Origin: a bacterium
GTDB taxonomy: Bacteria > Margulisbacteria > WOR-1 > CAVSGV01
Direction: 5' to 3'
DNA length: 37,617 nucleotides
Assembly (NCBI GenBank): GCA_043820455.1
Contig: JBDRDU010000061.1
Coordinates: 1 to 37,617 of the forward strand
Below are positions 8,543 through 16,607 of this stretch, piece after piece. The notes beneath the pieces were generated by a model. The model searched no databases, was not told where the DNA came from, and was given only the letters and a program-made list of their open reading frames with translations. The position numbers and the translations under genes are program-made. How positions within the stretch are numbered: the first letter of the stretch is position 1; every line of letters starts with the position of its first letter.

Positions 8543-10699
8543 CTATTCTATTAAAAGCCTTAAACTGTTAACCCACTTGCTTCCGGGTTCGATGATCAGT
8601 CTTTTATTCGGAAAGACCAGAGAACTCTGATATGTCCTTTCAAAACCGGCTTCCGACTGGGAAACCGTTTCTATCGGGAACCTCCAGATCCTGTCAAGTC
8701 CACTCGTTTCCAATGATACACCAAACCCTTTCCATTCGTCAACGATCTTTAGATCGGAGCAGCCCTCGACCTCGCCAATGCTTGCCAATCTCCTGTCATC
8801 CAAGTTTTTGCCGGCAAAAACATAATATCTGTCGGGAGAATCGCCCGCAAGCATAGAAAAGTTAAATTCGACCCCAAAGACGGCATCCAGCAGTTCCTGG
8901 GATAAGTTCATGATCTCATATTTAATGTTGATGAGAGATTGCCCCTTCATTATTGAAATGACCTTTAGAATTTCCACCGGCAATGCCTTTTTCCCCATAT
9001 GAAGGCTGCCTTTTCTCTTAAGTTTTAACTCTACTTCGCTGCCTGTCTTTTTGACCATTGCCGTATAAGGTCCCGTCACAAAATCGCCCGTTTCCTTGTA
9101 CTTCACGCTCATAAAATCCGACAATTGAGTATCTGTCGGCATAAAATGGTCCTGAAGGCTAAGGCGCCTGTGCCGGTCATAAATTAGGTAATTTTCAAGG
9201 CCCGGCTCCTTCGCTTTTACCAGTTCATGGATGCTCAGGACCCCTTCTGCTGACGCAGGCTGGGCCGCTGTCCTGATCTTTTTGTGATATGCTTCCTCTC
9301 TTCTTGCAAGGCCGTTCAAAAGATTAAAATTTTTCGGCCTGTAATCAAGCTCGAAAAGACATCCTCCGTATGACGGGCTGAAATAGCAGTTAAGCAGGTT
9401 ATTGCTTACCAGGATCTCATCGGAGGATTCCTTGTCAAAATCCACCGCCCTGACCTCTATGAATTTCTGATCCCCGTAAGCCACTTTATCAGCCTCGACT
9501 TCGGCGGCGATAAGGTTCTCATATACCGCATGGCGGAGATAATTAAGATAAAGGCCTCCAAAGACGCCGTGCCAGTACGCGCAGTTGCACTGTCCTTTCC
9601 ACAGGTCCTGTTTGGAAAGGCGGATCTGTTCATCCCTTGAACCAGATGAAAGCCCGAGTTTCTTTCCCTTCCCCAGAGTTGATATCTTTTCGCTCACGTA
9701 AAGCATCTTTTTATGCATATTGTTGCTTTCCGGATATTTTACGAAGAAATTCCTGAAAAAGCCGCCGCGGATGAACCGGCTGTATTCATCATATTTGCCG
9801 AAAGATCTTATCTCTTCGACCACCTTTTCATATTCGAGGCCCGCCTTTACCGGAAGCGCCCATTCCATCATTTCGGCATAGGAAGCTGTCGGAAGATAGA
9901 TCCTGCCCATTGCGCGGTATTCGTCAAGGTATTCGGAGAAAGTCATGGTCCTTATCGTTTCGCGGTCCGCTTCAAGTGCTTTAAGGAAGTTCTCAAGCCA
10001 CTTGTCTTCGTAGACCCATTTACGGGTACCGGGCCAGACCCCGAACTTTTCACCGTCATCAGCCAACACTGCCGCACGGCCCCCGTCTTCCGTTGCAATG
10101 CTTTTTAAATAGTCTATCGTTTCGTGGGGCATCTTAAAAGGCACTAGGTAACGAAGATGCTTGCTTATAGGAAAAACATTGACCTTGCACCCTTCTTCTT
10201 CCGTCACATAATAGCCGAAAAGATCCTTTTCATCCGCTCCAGCCGAAATGAAATGGTAATCGTCAACGGCGATATACTCGATCTTTGCAGTGGCGAGGGT
10301 CTTTGAAAGATGCGGCTCCCATACGCGCTCAGTAAGCCAGAGTCCTCTCGGTGTCTTGAGAAAGTTCTTCTTTATGAAATCCGTTTCCATCTCTATTTGA
10401 CCAAGCTTGTCTTCATCCGGGATTATCGGCAGTATCGGCTCATAAAACCCTCCCGTCATCAGCTCAAGCTGCCCTCTTTTTACCAGCAGCTTCAGCTTTT
10501 CAATGAATTCCGGGTGAAATTCCAGGAACCATTCGTAAAGTATCCCGCTGTAGTGTGCCGTGAAGCGGATGTTCGGATGGGCTTCCATCGCCTCTATGAA
10601 AGGAAGATATGAGTCAAAATACGCACGTCTTATGACCTCCGGAAAATTCCCGACCGGCTGATGACAATGTATGCCGAATAAAAAGTTAATTTTCTTCAT
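8543..10699 (-). CDS. GH57 4-alpha-glucanotransferase / alpha-amylase-type enzyme
   Basis: GH57 regions are intact: FGIHCHQPVGNF, RGQLELMTGGFYEPILP, GLWLTERVWEP (nucleophile Glu) and VLADDGEKFGVWPG (acid/base Asp). A long C-terminal beta-rich extension resembles the Thermococcus litoralis-type enzymes. Confidence 0.8.
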   Translation of the reverse strand: MKKINFLFGIHCHQPVGNFPEVIRRAYFDSYLPFIEAMEAHPNIRFTAHYSGILYEWFLEFHPEFIEKLKLLVKRGQLELMTGGFYEPILPIIPDEDKLGQIEMETDFIKKNFLKTPRGLWLTERVWEPHLSKTLATAKIEYIAVDDYHFISAGADEKDLFGYYVTEEEGCKVNVFPISKHLRYLVPFKMPHETIDYLKSIATEDGGRAAVLADDGEKFGVWPGTRKWVYEDKWLENFLKALEADRETIRTMTFSEYLDEYRAMGRIYLPTASYAEMMEWALPVKAGLEYEKVVEEIRSFGKYDEYSRFIRGGFFRNFFVKYPESNNMHKKMLYVSEKISTLGKGKKLGLSSGSRDEQIRLSKQDLWKGQCNCAYWHGVFGGLYLNYLRHAVYENLIAAEVEADKVAYGDQKFIEVRAVDFDKESSDEILVSNNLLNCYFSPSYGGCLFELDYRPKNFNLLNGLARREEAYHKKIRTAAQPASAEGVLSIHELVKAKEPGLENYLIYDRHRRLSLQDHFMPTDTQLSDFMSVKYKETGDFVTGPYTAMVKKTGSEVELKLKRKGSLHMGKKALPVEILKVISIMKGQSLINIKYEIMNLSQELLDAVFGVEFNFSMLAGDSPDRYYVFAGKNLDDRRLASIGEVEGCSDLKIVDEWKGFGVSLETSGLDRIWRFPIETVSQSEAGFERTYQSSLVFPNKRLIIEPGSKWVNSLRLLIE

Positions 10700-10707
10700 G
10701 TTTTGTC

Positions 10708-10739
10708 TTCCTGATCCCCTAATATCCTGATCTCCTGAT
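10708..10739 (-). promoter_or_regulatory. Four tandem SD-like octamers (ATCAGGAG ATCAGGAT ATTAGGGG ATCAGGAA) in the 48-nt leader of the GH57 glucanotransferase gene
   Basis: Read directly from the reverse complement of 10700-10747: ATTGGTAT-ATCAGGAG-ATCAGGAT-ATTAGGGG-ATCAGGAA-GACAAAAC-ATG. The last copy supplies GGAAG 7 nt upstream of the ATG. Confidence 0.45.
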
Positions 10740-10747
10740 ATACCAAT

Positions 10748-12928
10748 TTACACGCTCCACTGTCTTTCTTCATAATCCGTGGGTGGAACGCGGAAATTTA
10801 TGCTCCCTCCTCTTGGCCATCTTTCCAGTTCCTGCCCGCCTTTATCAATAGTGACAACGAACTGGACATCATCGTCACACACAGCCTTGATCTCGGAAAA
10901 CGGAACAGACACCTCCACAATATATTTGATGCCTATGGTGTCAACAGTCTTTAGGTATTTCCAGTGATCATCCTGAAGCTCATGGATATCCAGCTCGAAT
11001 TTACCTTTATCGTTCTTATAGGAAGCTGTTATCCTGTACTGATGCGGATGAAAGGTCGTCAGGACAAAAGAGATGTCCCTTGATTCTGAACTGCTTGGAT
11101 CCAAGCTCACATCGAGCCTGACATATAAATTGTCTATATCAAACCCGTAATAAATGCCTTTGACCAGTGTTTGGGATTGGTGCATGGCACCTTTTAGTTT
11201 GCCGATATCGTAATAGCCGGCGGAAAGCCACTCGTAATAATTCGTTATCTCGCCGTCCAGCACCGGCTTGATCAGATAGGCAAGCTCTCTTGTAGGCCTG
11301 ACGGCTGTTACCTGCTTTATCGGTACATCAAGGTACTGCGGGGAAGCTTTTCCTATTATGTGGTAAATGTTTTTCAGATGCTTTCTGAAAAGTTGGTCAA
11401 ATGTTTCGTCGTTCTCGGAGGAATGGTCGTCGCCGAACCACCAGCACCAGTCGCTGCCCTCCGCTATATAAAGCTCCTTCCAAGCGGTCGCATCCTGCGT
11501 CTTTGAGCTTTCCAGCGCCAGTCTCGCGTTATTCAAATAATCCCAGGCCTTATTATCCTCCTCGTGGCCTATCCAAACCCTGAAATTATGGTCGATCCAG
11601 GACCCGGAAAACAAATGATGAAGTGGCCTTTCCTGCGGATTTTCAGCCAGAAAATCGCCCACTCTCACTGTCTTAAAATCGCCGTCTTTCGATAATCTTT
11701 CATACAGCCCCCTTAAGAAATCCCAGCCATTGTTTTTGTAATATTCCCAGGCGTTCTCGCCGTCAAGTATGATGCTGACAAGGTATTTTTTCCCATCGTC
11801 CGGCAGGGACCTTTTGATATTGTTGAGGTGATTCATGAAATCGGAGACAGCTTCCCTCCAGTTCCATTTTGAATAAACAAAACCTATGAGATCGGAAAGG
11901 CCGTGATCCCTGAAGATAATATTAAGCGAACAGTTGTCCCTGCGCAGAAGATAAGGGCTGAACAGTTCCTGTGGGGAAAGAGCCCTCCCCCCGACATCGG
12001 TTCCGACCAGCGACCTCAAAAGCACTCCTTCATCCGTAGCTATCCATTTTATCCCCGCGTTGCCGATCAGCGGCAGCATGTCCTCGGAAACCGATCCCTC
12101 GGACGGCCACATTCCGGAAGGCATAATGCCGAAATGTTCTTTCATGTATTTAACGGCTTCGTTGACCTGAAAGGCCGCATCCTCAGGATGCCTGAATCTG
12201 TTCTGAGGCAGTTTAATGGATGGTAATGCCTCTTTTGCGGAATTAGTATCGATTAAAAGAGGAAGAATCGGATGATAATAAGGAGTTACCGTTATTTCGA
12301 TCTGCCCTTTTTGCTGCAGCTCCTTATATTTAGGCAGGACGGCAGACATCAGCTCTTTTTGTTTGTTCACCAAAACGATCTTGTCCTCTTCAGTGAAATT
12401 CCTGCCTTTTTCAAGCAGCGCTTTGATGACCGGATCTTTTGTCTTATAAATATGGCCGAACCAGGACAGATTGGACCATACTTGAAGGTCGGTGAATTCC
12501 TGGTCGGTGAAACGGCGCGCCACGCTCTTGATCTCTTCCAGCGTCACGAACCTTCCGCGCTTCAGCAGCAGCTCGTGATACCTCTTGTAAGGGTCAATCA
12601 TCGTCTCCCAGTTCGCCATGAAAAAGTTCTGAAGGATGAACACCTTGTCATCATTGGACAGGTCCGCGCTTTTTGTCATGGTCGCTTTCAGATGCTTGTC
12701 CATGGCGCCCCCATTGACATAATCCTCGATCTGCTCAAGGAGTGATGGAACAAGATTGAAAGTTTGCTTGATGTCCTTAAAATCATCAAGGATCGCGGCC
12801 ATATCGTAATAATCCTTTATTGCGTGAAGCCTGACCCAGGGAAGGACATATTCATCCGTGATCATATCCTTGTAAAAGGGCTGGTGCATATGCCAGACGA
12901 AAGCTATATTAAGGGGCTGGCTGGTCAA
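10748..12928 (-). CDS. GH57 family glycoside hydrolase (AmyC / amylopullulanase-like), specificity unknown
   Basis: GH57 regions VWHMHQPFYKD, GQIEITVTPYYHPILPLL, GMWPSEGSV, ILDGENAWEYY and EGSDWCWWFGDDH, plus a roughly 200-aa C-terminal beta-sandwich-like tail. The only in-frame start ahead of the HQP motif is TTG at 12928, with GGAAAGGAA about 9 nt upstream. Confidence 0.75.
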   Translation of the reverse strand: MTSQPLNIAFVWHMHQPFYKDMITDEYVLPWVRLHAIKDYYDMAAILDDFKDIKQTFNLVPSLLEQIEDYVNGGAMDKHLKATMTKSADLSNDDKVFILQNFFMANWETMIDPYKRYHELLLKRGRFVTLEEIKSVARRFTDQEFTDLQVWSNLSWFGHIYKTKDPVIKALLEKGRNFTEEDKIVLVNKQKELMSAVLPKYKELQQKGQIEITVTPYYHPILPLLIDTNSAKEALPSIKLPQNRFRHPEDAAFQVNEAVKYMKEHFGIMPSGMWPSEGSVSEDMLPLIGNAGIKWIATDEGVLLRSLVGTDVGGRALSPQELFSPYLLRRDNCSLNIIFRDHGLSDLIGFVYSKWNWREAVSDFMNHLNNIKRSLPDDGKKYLVSIILDGENAWEYYKNNGWDFLRGLYERLSKDGDFKTVRVGDFLAENPQERPLHHLFSGSWIDHNFRVWIGHEEDNKAWDYLNNARLALESSKTQDATAWKELYIAEGSDWCWWFGDDHSSENDETFDQLFRKHLKNIYHIIGKASPQYLDVPIKQVTAVRPTRELAYLIKPVLDGEITNYYEWLSAGYYDIGKLKGAMHQSQTLVKGIYYGFDIDNLYVRLDVSLDPSSSESRDISFVLTTFHPHQYRITASYKNDKGKFELDIHELQDDHWKYLKTVDTIGIKYIVEVSVPFSEIKAVCDDDVQFVVTIDKGGQELERWPRGGSINFRVPPTDYEERQWSV

Positions 12929-12932
12929 TTGC

Positions 12933-14108
12933 CTAATTTCCTTTCCATGTGCCTGCTTTTATCGCAAGAGAAGAAGACGCAAATCCCGTCGGCAGAGTAC
13001 TCGGGAATTTGGATTCGTCAAAATATACGTTCACGTCGCCGGTGAACTCACCAAAAGAATTTGCCACAAGAGCCCCTCTGATAACCGGATTGCCCGAAAC
13101 AACAGATGTTCCGGAATTCGAAAAAACTACGCCTGAAAGGTTCAGGTTCCCGGCCAGCGCAACACTGCCTTTGGAAAGCATGCTTCCCACATCCACCCTT
13201 ATGTTTCCTTCGGCAATGATATGTGTCGCGCTGTAATACGTGGAGCCGGTCGTATAAGCATTTCCGGCAACGTACAGATCACCCTGCGAAATGAACTTTG
13301 GCGCGGATGAAGTGTATGTGTTCCCCGTCTGGCTTATTGTCCCCGTGGCAATTATCTCTCCCGGCCCATTGATTGTGGTGTTGCCCGAAATAGTAACATC
13401 TCCGTTAACGTATATAGTGCCTCCGTTAAGGTTGATGGTCGTATCTTCATAAATTTGATCGCCCTCCGCCGCGCCATACGCTGCCGTTATCAGATTGTCA
13501 TAGTACGTAGGGTCGAATGTTGGAAAGTTCGGATCGGGATCCGGCGCGCCGCCGTCGGTCCATGTGCCTTTACCAGAAAGAGTCGTGCCTTCCGGATGAT
13601 AGACATATCCCTCAGTAAAAGAACTGTTTTTTCCGAAAATCGAGTCGCCTTTCATGTAAACATCGCCTCTTACCGCAACAGTACCCGTAAAGTTTACCCC
13701 TGCACCGCAGTAAACTGCGTAATCAAAAGCCGCAGGCAGCCCGCTTATGCTTAAGACCTGTGAAACGGTCTTTGTTATGCCGCTCACTTCTCCCGTTGAG
13801 ATGACCAGCACTTCGTTCGTGGCATGATCCATAACCGTCAAGAAAAACCCTCCCCATCCGAACGCCTCCCATGTGCTCGCGACCCTCCAGGCGAGCCCTC
13901 TGCCGCCCGACCCCGTAGGCGTGCCCAGATACCAGATGGCCTTGTTAAGTCCGGCTTCGGCGACATAAAAAGATTCGATCTCTGAAACTTTGATTCCCGA
14001 TTCCTTAAGCCTTACCCCTATAAAAGCAAGAAAAGCGAAGACCGTCATGCTTAAAGCCACGACCATGATAAATGTCAAAAGCAAATTCCCTTTACTGTTT
14101 TTTCTCAT
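12933..14108 (-). CDS. PilX-N-domain-like pseudopilin with Gly/Thr/Asn-rich beta-helix-like C-terminal region
   Basis: The N-terminal hydrophobic helix LLLTFIMVVALSMTVFAFLAFIG is followed by SFYVAEAGLNKAIWYL, matching the PilX_N hallmark (..AfyaAEAGl..). A later segment reads STGEVSGITKTVSQVL. The C-terminal 250 aa has repeated G-x-V/I-x-V/I-x-G-N/D strands (GGTIYVNGDVTISGNTTINGPGEIIATG...). The ATG overlaps the mutS stop (ATGA, 14105-14108). Confidence 0.55.
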   Translation of the reverse strand: MRKNSKGNLLLTFIMVVALSMTVFAFLAFIGVRLKESGIKVSEIESFYVAEAGLNKAIWYLGTPTGSGGRGLAWRVASTWEAFGWGGFFLTVMDHATNEVLVISTGEVSGITKTVSQVLSISGLPAAFDYAVYCGAGVNFTGTVAVRGDVYMKGDSIFGKNSSFTEGYVYHPEGTTLSGKGTWTDGGAPDPDPNFPTFDPTYYDNLITAAYGAAEGDQIYEDTTINLNGGTIYVNGDVTISGNTTINGPGEIIATGTISQTGNTYTSSAPKFISQGDLYVAGNAYTTGSTYYSATHIIAEGNIRVDVGSMLSKGSVALAGNLNLSGVVFSNSGTSVVSGNPVIRGALVANSFGEFTGDVNVYFDESKFPSTLPTGFASSSLAIKAGTWKGN

Positions 14109-16567
14109 TTTTTCTCCTTTTCACCAAAACTGGCCCATTTTTCCACCATTTCGAGCGTGCTGTATATTTCTTTCGCTCTGTTTACGATCTCATCGGGAAG
14201 CCCGGCCAGCTTCGCCACTTCGATCCCGTACGATTGGTCCGCAGCCCCGTCAACGATCCTGTGAAGAAATACGACCTTGTCCCCTTCTTTTTTAACAAGC
14301 GTGTTAAGGTTCCTCATCGCTGGATGCTTGTCCGCAAGCTGGGTTATTTCGTGATAATGCGTCGCAAAAAGCGTATAAGCTTTTATCTTTGTGTGAATAT
14401 ATTCCGCAACGGAAGCAGCGATGGACATGCCGTCAAAAGTGGAAGTTCCTCTCCCTATCTCATCGAGTATTATCAGGCTTCTTGATGTGGCATTGTTTAT
14501 TATGTTCGCCGTTTCCGTCATTTCCACCATGAAAGTCGACTGGCCTGCGTAAATGTCGTCCATCGCCCCTATCCTTGTGAATATCCTGTCAATAATGGGT
14601 AGCTGTGCCGAATCTGCGGGAACAAAAGACCCCATTTGAGCCATTAAACATATCAATGACACCTGCCGCATATAGGTCGATTTGCCCGCCATGTTCGGCC
14701 CGGTTATCAAGGCAAATCGGCCGCTGTCCCTGTCCATATCCGTGTCATTCGGCACGAACGTGTTCTCCCCCAGCATCGCCTCCACCACCGGATGGCGTCC
14801 GCCTTTGATGTGCATCTTGCCGTTGTCCTTAATGACCGGCCTGGAATATTTCCTCTCTACAGCGATCGACGCAAAAGAAAGAAGGACATCAAGCTCCGCC
14901 AACGCCCGCGAAACGGCCTGAAGTCCCTTCGTATGCAGGGAAACCTTGCTCCTTACATCGACAAATATGTCATACTCCACGGCGAACATTTTTTCTTCGG
15001 CATTAAGTATCAAAGCCTCCCTGTCCTTAAGCTCCGGGGTGATGAACCTTTCGCAGTTGACCAAGGTCTGTTTCCTTATATAATCAGCGGGCACCGATCC
15101 CAAGTTGGCCTTTGAAACTTCTATATAATAACCGAACACTGAAGTGTACCCTACTTTTAACGATTTGATCCCCGTGCGCTGCCTCTCTTTAAGCTCGAGT
15201 GCCAAGATCCATTCCTTGTTGCCCTGCGTCATGTCTTTCAATCCATCAAGTTCTTTGTTGAATCCTTTTTTTATCAGTCCGCCTTCTTTTAAAGTATGAG
15301 GCGGGTCATCATTGATGGCCGCGTTGATCAACCCTGCAACTTCGGCTTGCTTATTAAGTTCTTTTATCTTCTGCGTTTTTCCTGCTTTGCAGTTCTTGAG
15401 CGCAAGTTTGATCTTCGGAAGGTGCATCAGCGATACTTTAAGCGCGACAAGGTCTTTCGCGTTCGCGGCCCCTGATGCGATCTTTCCGGTAAGCCTTTCC
15501 ATGTCATGGACGCAGGAAAGGGAGCGCGAAAGTTCATTCCTTAAGAACAGATCTCGGGACAATTCTGCCACCGCATCAAGCCGCAGATCGATCTCTTTTA
15601 TGTCGAGAAGCGGCTGAAGCATCCAATTTTTCAGCAGCCTGCTTCCCATAGGGGTCACGGTCCGGTCAATCACCCACGCCAGGCTCCCCCGAATGGACCT
15701 GTCCCTTATTGTCGATACAAGCTCCAGGTTCCTCCGGGTCGAAGGATCGATATACATATAATCGCCGATCCCGTAAGGCTGGATCTTATTAACATGAACA
15801 AGTGCGCCTTTCTGGGTCTGCTTTAAATATTCGATTATTGCGATCGCCGCGCCATACGCAGCTTTAAGATCGGACAGGCCGAAACTATCCAGCGAGGCCA
15901 CGTTAAAATGGTCTTTCAGCTTTTTTTTTGCGATATCAAGGTCATAGGTATCCTTGTAACTTGATAATGAATAACCCGCCGACTTAAGGGTTTCAAAAAG
16001 TTCCGATGATCCAGAGGGGATTATGTCCGGCACAAGGACTTCAGAAGGAGAGACCCTGTTTATTTCCTCGATCAACGCACAAACGCCTTTTTCGCCGGGG
16101 ACCTGCGTTATCCTGAATTCTCCCGTAGACGCGTCTATGAAAGCGATCCCTGCATCATTCTTCAGGAAAGAGATCGCCAAAAGATAATTGCTGATCCCTG
16201 CGTCCAGCATCTTCGTTTCCTGGACCGTACCGGGGGTTACGACCTTAACGACCTCGCGTTTCACTATGCCTTTTGCGAGCTTCGGGTCTTCCGTCTGATC
16301 GCAAATGGCTACTTTATATCCTTTTCCAAGGAGTTTTGAGATGTAATTATCGGCCGCGTGATAAGGGATCCCGCACATCGGCATCCTATTGTCTTCCCCT
16401 CCCCTGCCCGTGAGCGTTAATTCAAGCTCCTTTGACGCGATCTTCGCGTCCTCATTGAACATCTCATAGAAATCGCCCAACCTGAAGAACAAAATAGCGT
16501 CTTTATGCTGGGATTTTATGTCTTGGTATTGCTTGACCATAGGAGAAGCAGCTTCTGTAGTTTTCAT
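14105..16567 (-). CDS. mutS: DNA mismatch repair protein MutS (MutS1 type)
   Basis: N-terminal mismatch-binding motif TPMVKQY-like (SPMVKQYQDIK...FFRLGDFYEMF), Walker A GPNMAGKSTYMRQ and STFMVEM. 820 aa. Confidence 0.96.
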   Translation of the reverse strand: MKTTEAASPMVKQYQDIKSQHKDAILFFRLGDFYEMFNEDAKIASKELELTLTGRGGEDNRMPMCGIPYHAADNYISKLLGKGYKVAICDQTEDPKLAKGIVKREVVKVVTPGTVQETKMLDAGISNYLLAISFLKNDAGIAFIDASTGEFRITQVPGEKGVCALIEEINRVSPSEVLVPDIIPSGSSELFETLKSAGYSLSSYKDTYDLDIAKKKLKDHFNVASLDSFGLSDLKAAYGAAIAIIEYLKQTQKGALVHVNKIQPYGIGDYMYIDPSTRRNLELVSTIRDRSIRGSLAWVIDRTVTPMGSRLLKNWMLQPLLDIKEIDLRLDAVAELSRDLFLRNELSRSLSCVHDMERLTGKIASGAANAKDLVALKVSLMHLPKIKLALKNCKAGKTQKIKELNKQAEVAGLINAAINDDPPHTLKEGGLIKKGFNKELDGLKDMTQGNKEWILALELKERQRTGIKSLKVGYTSVFGYYIEVSKANLGSVPADYIRKQTLVNCERFITPELKDREALILNAEEKMFAVEYDIFVDVRSKVSLHTKGLQAVSRALAELDVLLSFASIAVERKYSRPVIKDNGKMHIKGGRHPVVEAMLGENTFVPNDTDMDRDSGRFALITGPNMAGKSTYMRQVSLICLMAQMGSFVPADSAQLPIIDRIFTRIGAMDDIYAGQSTFMVEMTETANIINNATSRSLIILDEIGRGTSTFDGMSIAASVAEYIHTKIKAYTLFATHYHEITQLADKHPAMRNLNTLVKKEGDKVVFLHRIVDGAADQSYGIEVAKLAGLPDEIVNRAKEIYSTLEMVEKWASFGEKEKK

Positions 16568-16607
16568 AACCTTAATCGTCGCTCGCCTGCGGTCGGGGCA
16601 AGCCCTC

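Noticed and set aside
14105-16567. Possibility that the MutS homologue is a MutS2 or defence-associated paralogue
   Set aside because: It has the N-terminal mismatch-binding domain (GDFYEMF), the full connector, core and clamp length, and a standard ATPase domain. It has no Smr or nuclease domain. It is a canonical MutS1.
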